NCBI GenBank assembly: GCA_951406725.2
Contig: OX597825.1
Span: 69,688,001-69,752,000 of the forward strand
From: Octopus vulgaris
Lineage: Eukaryota
DNA length: 64,000 bases
Direction of reading: 5' to 3'
Below, piece by piece: positions 17,406 through 31,849 of this stretch. Within the stretch, counting starts at the first letter, position 1. Each line of letters begins with the position of its first letter. The position numbers and the translations under genes are program-made. The notes under the pieces were generated by a model. That model had not been told where the DNA came from and did no database searches. It worked only from the letters and a program-made list of their open reading frames with translations.

Positions 17406-18349
17406 ATTGTAATTAAATCATTTCTGGTGCACACTTTGGGCTGGAGGGATGTAGACAGTAAGGAATGAAAGGAAGCCCTTAAATTTTGGTGAAAGTTAAT
17501 GATACAGGCTTGAATGCCACGTTCTCGAATCACACTGTAATTGCATCCACACTACCGCCATTTTATGAATTCTGCTTTTTCTTCCTTTTGTTGCGTGTCG
17601 TTATAAATTATTTTTATTATTTTCTATGGCTTAACGTTGTGTCATTGATATTTTCGTACTTGCCTGTCTACTACTCTCTTTAAAACATTAATCGTTATTA
17701 CCACCCTTAGTTTTTCATTCTATTTTTAATGCCGTAGGATATGATAAGAAATACATTGGATGGTGACCCAAGTATGCCTTTCACAGCATAGCTGTTACGT
17801 TTTTGCATAAATACCTTCGTCGACGCCATTCTAATGGATCGAGCAGTCATATAAAGGTTTGCTCGTTGGTTCGAAGCAGCGTAGATATTTGTACTTCACT
17901 CAGCTTGAATGTCATCAGCTGCTGTGCAGAACAGACTATGTATAATTAGGTATATATCAACAACTGAGATCTCCCATGGGGATACCTGTCTTATTTAAGC
18001 ACTGAATATACTTTTGAATTATACCAATAACATGATTACCCTATTATGTTTATTCAGTCAAATAGGGGGGAAATAATCATTCTTAAAATCTTAAATTATA
18101 AATAACTGTACTGCTGTCATATATGATTCATTTACTTAAGTTCTTCTAATTAACTTTTATCAGTTTCCGACTGGGAAGATAAAAACTAATTTTCTCTAGA
18201 GGTTAATAAGTGCAATAATGTCTAATTTAGAATTTTATGAGTGAAATTTATTCAAAAGATTACTGCGGATATCTCTTTGGTTTTCTCAACGGACATTGTT
18301 AAGGACTACAAGAATTTATAGTTGTTGGTGTTGCTCTTTTGTTGTTTCT

Positions 18350-18540
18350 AGATTGGCAGAATCGTTAGAGTGTCGGAATAATTGTTCCGATACTTTTATA
18401 TGTTCGGATACTTTCCGTTCTGACGTCGAATACCATCGAAATCACATTTACTGTTTTTCAAGGGTCGATAAGTAAATATCAGGAAATGCTGGAGCTGATG
18501 TCATTCATTAAGTCTCTCTGCCAAAATTGAATGGCCTTCT
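18350..18540 (+). mobile_element. Decayed SINE B
   Basis: 'tggcagaatcgttag...gggtcgataa'. Confidence 0.5.
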
Positions 18541-18574
18541 ACCAAAATTTTAAATAAGTCTCTTTTCTTCTCCT

Positions 18575-18613
18575 TCTTTCTCTCCTCGTTCTCCTCCTCT
18601 TCATGTTCTTCTT

Positions 18614-18644
<31 letters not shown>

Positions 18645-18990
18645 TTCTTCTTCTTCTTCTTCTTCTTCTTCTTCTTCTTCTTCTTCTTCTTCTTCTTCTT
18701 CTTCTTCTTCTTCTTTTTCCTTCTTCGTTCTTCTTTTTTTTCTACGTCTTCTGCTCCTTTCAATTATTCATCTTCTCCTACTTCTTTTCCCCCTCCCTCA
18801 CCCCAGAAGTAAATTAAGAACGAAGAAGAAAAAGAAAGAGGATGACGAAGAGGAGTGGTCAAGTGGTGGATGGTGAAGGAATGGACATAATAGAAGAAAC
18901 AGGAGGAGGAGTATAAGAAGACGAGGAGGAGGAGGAAGAAGAAGAAGAAGAAGAAAACAAGAACAAGAACAACATCAACAACAACAATGG
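18575..18990. repeat. (TTC)n tract followed by complementary (GAA/GAG)n tract
   Basis: Direct reading. Confidence 0.9.
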
Positions 18991-19664
18991 TCGAGGCTGC
19001 AACAACACTTTCAGCCCGCAGAAGTAAATGCTTTCATATCATCTTCAATCGCAGAACCGAAGAATGATTATCTACGATCACATAAATTTTCTTTGGTCTT
19101 TTGTACTCAGTTAAAGACTTTACACTTGCAAGACATAAGTAAAGATTTCTTAAAACTTCTCAGCCAGTTATTTGCAGATATTAGGCGATACAGTGGAGAT
19201 GTGCAGAACTAAAATGTGGACACACAAATAAAATAATTCATAAAAGGAAAAGACAGCATAAATTTCTTTCTTTACTGAAGAGTTTCGCTTTTAAATCGCT
19301 ATCAATAACTTCGCTGATAGGGAGATATCCTTTCAAATCAGATCCAAATAATTTGTATACGTAACTGCATTTTGATACAATGTGTTGACTACATGCGACG
19401 TTTTCATTGAAAAAGATTACTTAAGACTACGTATACTGGTTGTATCCTGAGAGAATATTATGGTATTTAGTATAGTTTGGAAAACTTACGGCATGTTAAT
19501 GATATATTAGACAGAATATTCTAGAATTAATGTCGCTTGTTTGTAACAATTAAATTAAGTATATAGTATCTAGGGTAAAAAACAATTACCATCCATTAGT
19601 GTCATATTACGTCAGAGATGGGAGTGAGGGAGGAACATGGGAGAAACTACTGAACGAGCTGAGC

Positions 19665-19713
<49 letters not shown>

Positions 19714-20175
19714 GAAGAAAAATCGGAGAGAGAGTGAGGATAGAAAGACAGAGGAATTTGAGAATTCCCTTATATTCTGCTACCTTACATATTGAAAGTT
19801 GTTGTATTCAACCGCTTTTATCATGTATGTTATATTGCAGACGTGGACAGTTATATACGCAATGTGATGTGGGAAACTAAGCGGAATATTCGATATAATT
19901 AATAATGATTTCTTTCCTGAGGATAAGGAAAACAGTTAAAGATGTGAAGTGCTGTCGATTGGTTCAAATCCGATATAACAATGGAAACATGTTTAGCGAA
20001 CCCAAGAGTATAAAAATACTAAAGACATCAGAATTTGATCTCGTAAATTCGAAAGATGTAAATGAATGACCGGTAGTACTTCGTCTAGTTACTTTAAGCC
20101 TCGATCATTTTACTGTTTTATCTTAACAAGTATACAACTTTTTGTGGTTTAACAATTTAGGAGATAACTACATTA

Positions 20176-20427
20176 TAGTCTTGCCCAAAAGTTAGGAGTA
20201 TTTTTTTCAAAATTAAAATTGTGCCCAAGTATAATTCGATTCAAATATAAACAAGCTAGAGATATACTTACCTAATAGGTGATCAAGTGGTTCACAATCT
20301 AGAAGAAAAATAAGCAAAATCAAAAATATAGTTGTAGACTAAATTGCTTACTTTTAATATTACTGTGGGCATTTAATATAAAAATTCTAATTTTCAGGCC
20401 TATGTTCCGAACTCTTGGCGACGACTG
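20176..20427. mobile_element. Tc1/mariner-type MITE
   Basis: Imperfect TIRs 'tagtcttgcccaaaagttaggagta' / 'tgttccgaactcttggcgacgactg', TA on both flanks. Confidence 0.55.
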
Positions 20428-20596
20428 TATATACAACATAAATTAGACACAGTATTAATGGAAACAAGGTGGGATGGCCTGGTCCCGTTTCGAAAAGTTG
20501 CTATCATCAATCATAGCTGAAGTAGAGATCATGAATGAGATCAATGGTTGATAATCGTTGCTGACGTATAGTTAATAAACAACCGCAATTGTCCAA

Positions 20597-20818
20597 CCCT
20601 TTCGATACCAACCCGCCTGAAACCGCCTCTGGCTCTGTAGTACAAATGTCTTGTTTTCATATGTTCTGAATGAAAATCTGCCACCAAACCTTAGTCACAA
20701 TTTATGTTCCTAATACAAGCTGATTGATAACTAAGTTATTTTACTAAATTCTTTGTTATATTTAAAATTAATTGACAGGAACACAAAGAATCTCAAAGTA
20801 TATACGGTAACGAAAGGG
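20597..20818. mobile_element. piggyBac-type MITE
   Basis: TIRs CCCTTTCGATACC / GGTAACGAAAGGG; right TTAA site, left CCAA (decayed). Confidence 0.75.
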
Positions 20819-21628
20819 TTAATTCCACCTTAGACTCTAAGATGTTTGCTTCAGTGTTCTTACTCCGAGATCGGTTCTGTAGTATTGACTCTGTATCGTT
20901 GTAATAACATGAGAATCGGATGTTGTTATACATCGATGGTCACGATGAGCATACTCGTATTGCTGTAACTTTCGAATGAAGCCACACTACTGACTGGGCG
21001 GGAAGAGTTATAGCGAATAAGTGACCGACGAGAATTACAGCATTCTCCTCAATCAGCATGACAGTTTGTCGGCGGGTTACCTATTTACGGGTGAGTGAAC
21101 AGGAGCAAAGGAAAGTGTTTTGCTGAAGGAAAAAAAAAACGCATGTCCCATTTATCGAATCGAAACTGCGATCTTGCGACAGGATAAGATACCTTGTTTT
21201 GTACCACAGGGTTAAAACTTGTTCTACCTTTGGTTCAAAATTACATATTTTGGTGGGACTACAGCCTTGTAGATTATCATATCAGCCCGAAAATTTTACT
21301 AGTACATTCTTTATCAACTTCAGAAGGATGAAGAACAAAGTTTACAAGACTAGGATTTGAGCAGAGATCGTTAAGTATCGGAATTAGTTACAGTGTGTTG
21401 GTTCGCCTGACACTCTGGTCAAAAACACGATCAATACGGGGTATGTATACATTGATTTCTAAATGTATTACTAAGAAAATATATATTATAAAGTTTTATA
21501 TAGATACACTTAGGACAATTTTCTCTCCAATAAACTTTTACGACTCCATGCATTGCAGAACATTTTCTTAATTAAAATCTAATTCCATGGCTTCATCATT
21601 TCATATGGTGCTTTCTCTCTCTCTCTCT

Positions 21629-21697
<69 letters not shown>

Positions 21698-21786
21698 CAT
21701 ACATACGTATATACATGCATAATATGTGTGTGTGTGTGTATAGTTGTATATATACATATTTCTGTAAGTATGTATATTAATATATG

Positions 21787-22050
21787 TATACCAGAATGGA
21801 TAGAGACGCAACATGGAGTACAATGGAAACTTTATTGATTACAACGATCGCTTCGACACATCCTGCATCGCTACCTCGCGGGCGGGAAACTATACACATA
21901 ACTTCAGCGCAAGAAGTTCACCGTGGGATGAAGTAGAACTAACTATATAGTTTTCCACCTGCGAAGGAGCGCTACAGGATGTGTGGAAATGATCGTTGTG
22001 ATCAATAATGTTACCTGTATATTCCATTTTCCGTCTGTATTCCTGATATA
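21787..22050. repeat. Inverted repeat element; arms carry GAA.Y-GATCGTTGT..TCAATAA
   Basis: 'tattgattacaacgatcgcttcgacacatcctg' vs 'caggatgtgtggaaatgatcgttgtgatcaata'. Confidence 0.75.
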
Positions 22051-22316
22051 GATCGTGTACATATGTATATATATGTATGCGTGTATGTATGTAGTTATAC
22101 GCGTTCGTGTGAAATGTCAGTAAAAAGCTTACTCAATACCATGGTAGAGGTTAATGAATTATTCAAAAATGCTGTATACATGTTTACATATATGGATAAA
22201 TATATATGTGTGTGTGTGTGTGTCTGTGTATGTATTTTATCTCTCTCTGTCGCACTCTCTCTCTCTCTCTCTCTACATACATATATACATACATACAAAC
22301 ATAGAGCATACATACA

Positions 22317-22357
<41 letters not shown>

Positions 22358-22361
22358 TAAT

Positions 22362-23447
22362 TAAGGGATCAGCAAAAGTTGCTTCACCACATACCGAAAT
22401 TTAGAAATATCAGTCAAAACTACTAATTCTTCTAATACAATATATCTCCACAGATATATATACACACATAAAACTCAGTGGTTAAAAAATAAATATCAGA
22501 ATTTGGCAAACAATTTTATATCATCCCCGTATATTCACACTGTTCAACATAAATAAATACATATTAAAATACCAGGGTGTTCAGCACACAATACCCGAAT
22601 CTATATGAATATATAAAAAGGTGTGAAAAACCTGTGTATGAAAGCCTATCAAGAAAATATGAATGTATATAAAGCAATGCGACTAAAATTTACAAAAAGA
22701 ACGAAATAGTTTATATTATTAAAGGTAGAAGGAATCCAGCATAATGTCCATCGGAAAGTGCAAGGTGGTATTCAAGTCATCCAGAATAATCAAACTTGAA
22801 GGAAGAATGCACGTCTATGGCCAGAATCCATTAACACCTTAGAACACCAAAGCGCTAATGACCCTTCACCAAGATATTTTTCCTGATGAAGGGGCCATTA
22901 CCGGTTTGGTATTTTAAAGTGTTAATGGTTTGTGGCAGTGGTTCCTGAAACGGTCGTAGACTTGAATTCTTTCTTGCAATTTACGAGGGACATTATTCTG
23001 GATTCCTTGAATTGAATTCCTCCTTGCACTTTACGATGGACAATGTTCTGGATTCCTTCTACCTCTAATAGTTTAATTAACTTATTCTTATTTCAAATTT
23101 TTAGACGCCTTGCTATATATACATTCATATTCTCTTTATGGAATTTCGTCACACGCATCATTCCTTACAGTTTTCTTCACCCATTTTTATATGTGTATAT
23201 ATGTATATTCTTATTCCTTCGGGGGTTTTTTTGTGCTGAATATGCTGGTATTTTAATATGTATTTATTTATGTTCAATAGTGTGGATATATGGGGATGAT
23301 ATAAAGTTGTTTGCCGAATTCTGATATTTATTTTTTAACCACTGAGTTTGTCTTATGCCTTGTTTGCTTTTACTTGAACACTACTATTTGCAGCCCTATA
23401 CTTATTTTATTTTTTGTTTCCTATAAGGAGAATCGAAATATTAAAAT

Positions 23448-23520
<73 letters not shown>

Positions 23521-23632
23521 CAGGGATATGTCGTATGTGGAGTCTTATTTGTAGAAAATAGAAATAAACAGTCTTTGACTGCTATTTCTAATTTTTTCGG
23601 TATGTGGCTAAGCAACCTGTTGCCTACCTTTT
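22362..23632. mobile_element. Large head-to-head palindromic element with a hammerhead at its centre (Penelope-like pLTR-type)
   Basis: Arms ~22362-22870 and ~22880-23350 plus 23560-23632 are diverged reverse complements; (TA)n flanks. Confidence 0.75.
22878..22960 (+). ncRNA. Type I hammerhead ribozyme motif, canonical core, long stem II
   Basis: CTGATGA 22883-22889; stem II AGGGGCCATTACC/GGCAGTGGTTCCT (12 of 13 pairs including GU); GAAA 22947-22950; CG-GTC cleavage triplet; stem I 4 of 5 pairs. Confidence 0.7.
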
Positions 23633-23766
23633 TTTATTTATATGCAAAATATATATTGAACTTTTATAGAAGTTCCTACCGTTAATGGTTATATTTACAT
23701 GCCGAAATCTACCAGTAAATAGTTGTTGGTTTTTTAAAAACCATTAAGGCTATTGTTTACTCGTAT

Positions 23767-23860
<94 letters not shown>

Positions 23861-24117
23861 TGTATACATTGAAAGGTTTGGCAGTTACTTCAAATTTTTG
23901 TGTTCGTGAAAACTTTCAGAGAAAGCCAATAACCATGGTAATAATTTATTTCAGAATCTGTATGTAATTTTTACATACATATACCAATATATATATGAAT
24001 CTATCTATTTATATTTCCACACACACACACACACACACACAGAGTGATATTTTTCTTGCAAAAGATACAGACCGCATAGAAGTGCGCAAGTCGCGCCTGA
24101 GACGTTAGACAATTATA

Positions 24118-24821
<704 letters not shown>

Positions 24822-25050
24822 CAGTGAAAGGTTTAGCATTTACTTCAAATATTCAGTTGCATTCATCAAGTAGTTTGTGGTGGAAGACAGCTAAACAGAA
24901 ATATACATGTAAATCTCAACCTCTTCCTCGTACAAGTTTAATAAATATGTTGCTGTACTGAGACTTATTCAATGTTTCTTTAATTCAATTTGAATATCTG
25001 TCAGTCTCTATATATGCATACATACATACATACATACATGCTTACATACA

Positions 25051-25633
25051 TACTATGTCTCTATGCGACATAACGTTGTCGCAAGAACAATATACAAAGC
25101 CTTTTCCGTAAAAAGAATGTCCTGGAATAAATAAAGAGATTCCCCCTGTTGTTATATACATACGAAAATACCAGGGTAAGGAACATTGCCATTAAATCAT
25201 ATGTCAAGGTTAAGCATCACAGACCAGATTTTGTTGTTTGGGACAGACAAGAAAACGTATGTGTACGCATAGAGGTCAGATGTCTGGCTGGCGTGAATAT
25301 CTATTCGAAAATCAAAGAGAAAATTAACTGCTTCGAACCCTCTAACTTTATATCTGGATAACAAATTTACACTTATACCAATAATAATTGGAGCACTTGT
25401 TTTTTTTTAACTAAATGCCTAACTGCAAAGTCTGGGTAAGAAAACGAAATCAACCGACTCGCACATTGCAAATACAATCGGTAATTGGAGAACTGTAAAC
25501 CTATGCTTTTTCTCAGATTTAAAATGTGATATTCTAAACGTTATCTACATTCCAAAGTTTGAGTTTTGTAAGTTTGTTAGAAAGCTGCTCCTTTACAGGA
25601 AGAATTTAAATGATTAAATACAGAAGAGAGAGA
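25051..25633 (+). pseudogene. 3' fragment of an RLE non-LTR retrotransposon (R4/Dong- or NeSL-like), flanked by (CATA)n
   Basis: MRHNVVAR; VKHHRPDFVVWDRQENVCVRIEV...KIKEK (PD-(D/E)xK nuclease); PIIIGAL. Confidence 0.8.
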
Positions 25634-26034
25634 TACATACATACATACATACATACATACATACATACATACATACATACATACATACATACATACATAC
25701 ATACAAACATACATACATACATACAAACATACATACATACATACATACATACATACATGCATACATACATACATACAAACATACATACATGCATGCATGC
25801 ATACATATATACATACATACATACATGCATGCATACATACATACATACATACATACATGCATACATACATACATACATACATACATACATACATACTGTT
25901 GAATCGAATACTCTATTTTATGACCGTGAAACGAACACTTAAACTCTCACTTCCAACAGTGTCTTAGCATTTACGCTTGTTCTTTTCTATAGATGTTTTT
26001 CTTTTTCTGGTAATCGCTAATGACAGATAATGAC

Positions 26035-26250
26035 ACGGCGGTTATCTACAGATTCATTAGCATGCTGGGCGAAGAGCTTAGCAGTATTCTGTCCGTCTCT
26101 CAGTCTCTGAGTTCATATTCCACCTAGGTCGACTTTACTTTTCGTCCTTTCGGGTTTAAGAAACTAAATAGCAGTTGAACACTGGGTTCGATGTAATCGA
26201 TTTACCCTCTGTCCCCAAATTGCTGGCCTTGTGTCAAACTTTCAAATCAA
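26035..26250 (+). mobile_element. Decayed SINE B
   Basis: 'gagttcatattccacctaggtcgactttacttttcgtcctttcggg'. Confidence 0.65.
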
Positions 26251-27238
26251 TAATGCATAATTATAATCATTCTTGATTTGCTAAAAGAAGCACATTTAAA
26301 ATAAGAAGATATTTGGGGTTTGATAATACACGTCTCATTTCTAACGTTAGATGTAATTTACTTAACTGCATTCACCTCTAAAACCTGCTATGGTAGAAAA
26401 TATAATTCATTTAGTTTTGTTAAAATGTATAAAGAACATACAGTTAGTGGATTCCTACCTTTTGCCAAAGCAAATATAAGCCTAAATGAATTGAACCTTA
26501 CTCTGTTGCACATTGGGAAGGTCATTATGACAATAATAATATACGCCCTGGTTCTGTTTCACTTCTTTGATTACTATTAATCAATCGATTCATTTATCCA
26601 ATTAACTAATCCTTTGTTTGATTAATCCGTCAATGACTGACGAACTCACTCACTCACTCACTCACTCACTCACTCACTCACTCACTCACTCACCCACTCA
26701 CTCACTCATTCACTCACTCAATCAATCAATCAGCTAGGCTTTTCAAACTCTTTTCGTCACAACGCGCGACTACCTAAACGATATGCTCTCTCTTCGGGAC
26801 TGCCTCAGGGTGAATTGAAACATTTTCCCTGTTAAGTTTTAATTTGCTTCAGTAATTTTGCTGTATTGTGCAGTTCCCTCTTAGTTTAGTACAATTTAAG
26901 CAAATAATAACTATAAATATCATATCAGATTGTGTCAGAAAGAAACAGTTGAGATTCCCATTAGCATGGAGTGTGAAAAATTTCTTTCGATAAAATATCT
27001 ATAAATTGGATTTAATGTTGCCTCTTTTAATTGCCTAATTGACGGTGAAGTAGCAAATAGATTTGTAATAAAATTTGCTTTATAAAATTTGCGAAGTTCT
27101 CAAATATAATGTATTATATTTTCATTTCATTTAGAACTCATTTCGTAAAATGATATATCTGGAAGAAGCCGTTGATATTTCTAAAGTGAAACTCATATAC
27201 ACAGTCGCATACAGACACGCATTGAACCAAAATAAACA

Positions 27239-27295
<57 letters not shown>

Positions 27296-27452
27296 CGCAT
27301 GCGTATGCATGTATAGATAAATAGACGTGTGTGTATACATATATATATACATATATACTTACACACACACACACACATATATATATATGTATATATATGT
27401 GTATATATATATATGTATATATATATGTATATATATGTATATATATATATGA

Positions 27453-27484
<32 letters not shown>

Positions 27485-27611
27485 GTATATATATATGTGT
27501 ATATATATGTGTATATATATGTATATATATTTATATATACATATATATATATATATGAATATATATGTATATATATATATGTATATGAATATATATGTAT
27601 ATATATGAATA

Positions 27612-27687
<76 letters not shown>

Positions 27688-28739
27688 TAATGTAATGTTC
27701 CGTGATGGTAAGATCAACACAAATGCACTCCATCTAGTGAGAGACAAATATTTATCACACACATATAAGCATACTAGAGGCATAAGAAAACAAACATACC
27801 TACATATATACATTTACGATAGCAAAATTAAAATCATCTGCAAACATATTTATATTGACAATTATGTTCTTTACGATCTTAACTTACTGGAAAGTAATAT
27901 GAAAGCAGACATTCATATTTCATTCAGTTGCTTCAGTCATTGTATAACGGCCATGCTGGTGCACTGGCTTCGCAGTTGTTAGTCGATTATATCGATACCA
28001 GTAATTCCGATACTCATTCTGTCAATGATACCTGAAGAAGGATCGGTTCGATCAATCTTAAAAATCTTACCCGAAATTTTCCTTAAGGTTATGTCGGTAA
28101 TCGTGGGAGTCCATTAACTGCTTAACTCATCTTCCAAACCCCATGATTCTCTGTTCCCCCTATCACTATTTTTTCTATTTCCAGCTTTAATGTATCTCAT
28201 ATTACAATATCCTCTCCGTTTTCTCTTGCTGACGCTGACAAGGTGTAATTTGAGAGATTTGGTTGCTATTTCTAGAAAGTTAAACATCCACATATAGGAT
28301 TTCCCTTTTGGTTCGCAAATACAGTCGTATCCGGCAGTGACATGAGTGATATATAATACGTGGAATGATAGTTAACGATAATGATTCTGTAATTGCTCCT
28401 TAAGGGACAGGCTCTGTGATATGAGGTGGTGGGCGATGCTTATGACATATCCATTAATGAATTATGTAACATGAAATATCTTTCTCTATCAATGAAAGCC
28501 TTTAGCTATGAATGTTTTCTGCTGAGAGCGTTATATCCTACGGTGATCATCGAAAGAATATTAAATGTAATGAAAAATGTTGTAAAGTGGATATGATTTA
28601 TTATGCAATATGATGTGAGTGGAATTTTACGAGTGGGTTTACAACGGAAGATGATGAATTTGAAACGATGAGAGACTGTGAGGTACAGTATGCGCGAACG
28701 GGTGATGAGCATAATGAAAGAATGATGAGGTAAAGAATG

Positions 28740-28806
<67 letters not shown>

Positions 28807-28974
28807 ATTTGGGTAGAAGGCAAAAAGAGAGATATGATAGTTAAATAGATATATCATAATAAGGGAAAATATTCTGCTGCGGAAAGAGAAGAAACAAGAT
28901 GTATGGAAAGAAGGAGCGATCTCAAGAGCAATAAATAAGGCATAGAATAGAAAGAATAGTTTTGTAAGCAGCCA

Positions 28975-29370
28975 CTTGGCGTGTGGTTGAGAATGTCGCT
29001 TGGCAACCAAACGGCTTGGAGTTCGATCTCACTGTGAAGCAACCTGTCTTCTACAATAGCCCTGCTCGGGCCAACCAATGTCTTGTTTGTAAATTTGATA
29101 GAAAAACATTATGTCCATATACGTCCATATACGTTTGTGTATGTGTGTGTGAATGTGTGCATGAGTTTGTGTGCGTTTGTCTGCATATCTTTATGTCTGT
29201 TCGTCTAACGTTTCCCACCTGGTATTAGTTAGTTTACTTTTACGACCCCTATATAAATATATAAGTATGAAACCTACAAATACGTGCTGGGATCGATTTG
29301 TTTGAGTGAACAGTTGAAGATGGGCCCCAACAAGGCCAGTCTTATGAATAGAAGGCGTACGTAAAAAATA
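28975..29370 (+). mobile_element. Decayed SINE A
   Basis: 'tggcgtgtggtt...gttcgatctc...tgtcttctacaatagccc'. Confidence 0.55.
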
Positions 29371-29600
29371 AAATATAAGTCTAGCTAATTAGTAGCACGA
29401 AAAATAGCTTCAACAGAACGGTAGAGATAATGGAGAAGAGAAATAAAAAGAATAGTTATTGCTTTTGTCTCTCGTTTTTATGTTGTTATGATGAAAGTAT
29501 TTTTATTGTGATATTAACTACACATTAAACAAATTAAAGAAATGAAAGCTGTAATATCAGAATAGTGAGAAGATTTCTATATGGTGTGTATAAAAATATA

Positions 29601-30868
29601 CGAGGGACGTTCAATAAGTAATGCCTCTGAACCGCTTGCAGTTGTTTGATCATGTGCAGTCATGTATATCTTTATAGAGTAAGTGGCAAATTACAGCTCT
29701 GAACTAATTGTGGTTTCTGATTTACAGGTGTTTGAACCGAGTCAAGTGTGAAATGGAGCCTGTTGAGTGTCGAGCAGTGATCCGGTTTTTGTATTTGAAA
29801 GGACGCACACCACGGGAGATTTTTGATGAAATGAAAGTAACTTATGGTGATGATGCCCCATCATATGACCTTGTAAAACGCTGGCATCGTGAATTCAAAC
29901 ATGGTCGGAACTCTGTGGAAACAGCTCCCAGATCTGGTCGCCCCTTCTGCCATTGATGAGGCATCTGTCCGTCAAGTTGAGGCTGCCATTTTGGAAGATC
30001 GACGCATAACTATTCGTCAAATAGCCCATGAGGTCAAGATTAGTACCGGGTCTGTGGAAACTATCATTCATGACCATTTGCATATGCAAAAGGTGTCTGC
30101 CAGATGGATTCCCAGGTTGCTCACGCCTTTCCAGAAGCAAGAACGCGTCGAGTGCACGAGGGTGAATTTGGAGATGTGCCAAGAAGATGAGTCAAAATTT
30201 TTCAAAAGACAGATTACACAGGATGAAACCTGGGTCCATCACGAAGATCCAGAGACCAAAGCCCAGTCAATGCAGTGGAAGCACCGTGACTCACCCCCTC
30301 CAAAGAAGGCAAGGGTGCAGCCCTCCGCTGGCAAGGTCATGCTCACAGTCTTCTGGGACCAGGACGGAGTAGTGATGACAGATTTCCTGGCAAAGGGTAC
30401 CACAATTGCAGGAGCCTATTATGCTTCACTTTTGAGGAAATTAAGAGAAGTTATCAAAATCAAGAGGCGGGGCAAGATCAGCAAAGCATCCTCCTCCTGC
30501 AGGACAACGCTCCGGTCCACAACTCGCTTGTCGCCAGATCAGAAGCACAGGCGTATGGCTATGAACTCCTCCCCCCTACTTTCCTGACCTTGCACCCTCT
30601 AATTTTCACCTCTTCCCAGTCATGAAGTTGTTTTTGAAAGGAAAGCGTTTCCCAGATGATGCAGCCTTGATTTCTGAAGTCGCGTTCAGGTTGGAGGACC
30701 AAGCTGGGGTCTTCTACAAAAACGGTCTCCAGAGCTGCATCAAACAATGGGAGAAATGCGTAACTCTGGGTGGTTCCTATGTAGAAAAAGACTAATAACT
30801 GTGCCAAGATTCGTTGCTCTACTACTATGGGAAGTGGGTCAGGGGCATTACTTATTGAACGCCCCTCG
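29601..30868 (+). mobile_element. Full-length mariner transposon (irritans-like), 1268 bp
   Basis: TIRs CGAGGGACGTTCAATAAGTAATGCC / GGCATTACTTATTGAACGCCCCTCG; TA duplications at 29599-600 and 30869-70. Confidence 0.95.
29753..30795 (+). pseudogene. Mariner transposase pseudogene
   Basis: MEPVECRAVIRFL (HTH), WIPRLL, TQDETW, LQDNA, YFPDLAPSNF (third catalytic Asp changed to Asn), ends GSYVEKD*; frameshifts near 29945 and 30485. Confidence 0.92.
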
Positions 30869-31849
30869 TAGTACCTGATCGTTTGATATATAAAATGCTA
30901 GAAGATCTATCGGGCAATATGAGTACCATAGCGCAAAACACCGTTGTATTTGTAATTATTTGAAATGTGCAATGTTATATATGGCGTACGTTCTGTGTTC
31001 ACATACATTTCCGCGATAGGTTATTTTTTATATAACCACAACCGACTATTTATTTGTGTAATACCATTTCACACCAGACGTGTATGCCCATGTCATCACA
31101 GTATGTATGTGTGTATATGCATGCATGTATGTATGTGTGTGTGTGTGTGTGTTTTACTTCCGTATGTATGGGTGCATGTGTGCATATATATTATAACGCA
31201 AACATTTGGTAGCAGTTCATAAGCGAGGTTGTTTGGCCGAATGGCTTCAGAAAAATGCTTTGTGTCATTTTCCGGACCTTTTACGTTCCGTGTTCAAATA
31301 CCTTATAATATCAGAGGAATACTGGGTACTATGGTTGAAGGTAACATCAAACGTTACTATCCGTGTATCTAAACCAGAAACCATAACGTAACAGTTTAGT
31401 AAAACTTTGAAAAATAATTTATTGATAAGACACCTTTCAACATAATTGTTCTAAGTAGTGCACAGTACAATACATGGATATATGTACTAATGTGAGTATG
31501 TTTGTATGTGTATTGCTATATGTGCGAGTGTTCATGTATATGGCGGGAGGATATAATGTCTAACTAATAAATGAATATATCTGAAAGGATTGAGCGCTAT
31601 ATGATACGCCAAGGGACATAATCAAGAGACATATCCAACGAATAGTTCAGTCAGAAAAGCATTTTTAAATGCTAATTCTTCTCTAGACCTCTGCCGCATT
31701 AGATCTGCATGGCGGGGTACGTCACAGTCTGGCAGACAGATAACTGAAGGGTAATTCATGTAACTGTAATGTAGTTATGCTTCGTAATGCATACAAAGAA
31801 ACTAATTTTATTAACGACTGGGGAATAATCAAAATTTATTCTGCTAGCA

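Noticed and set aside
24070-24108. GCGC-aagtc-GCGC hairpin followed by GAGACGTTA as a decayed hammerhead
   Set aside because: Core and GAAA both deviate and there is no stem I.
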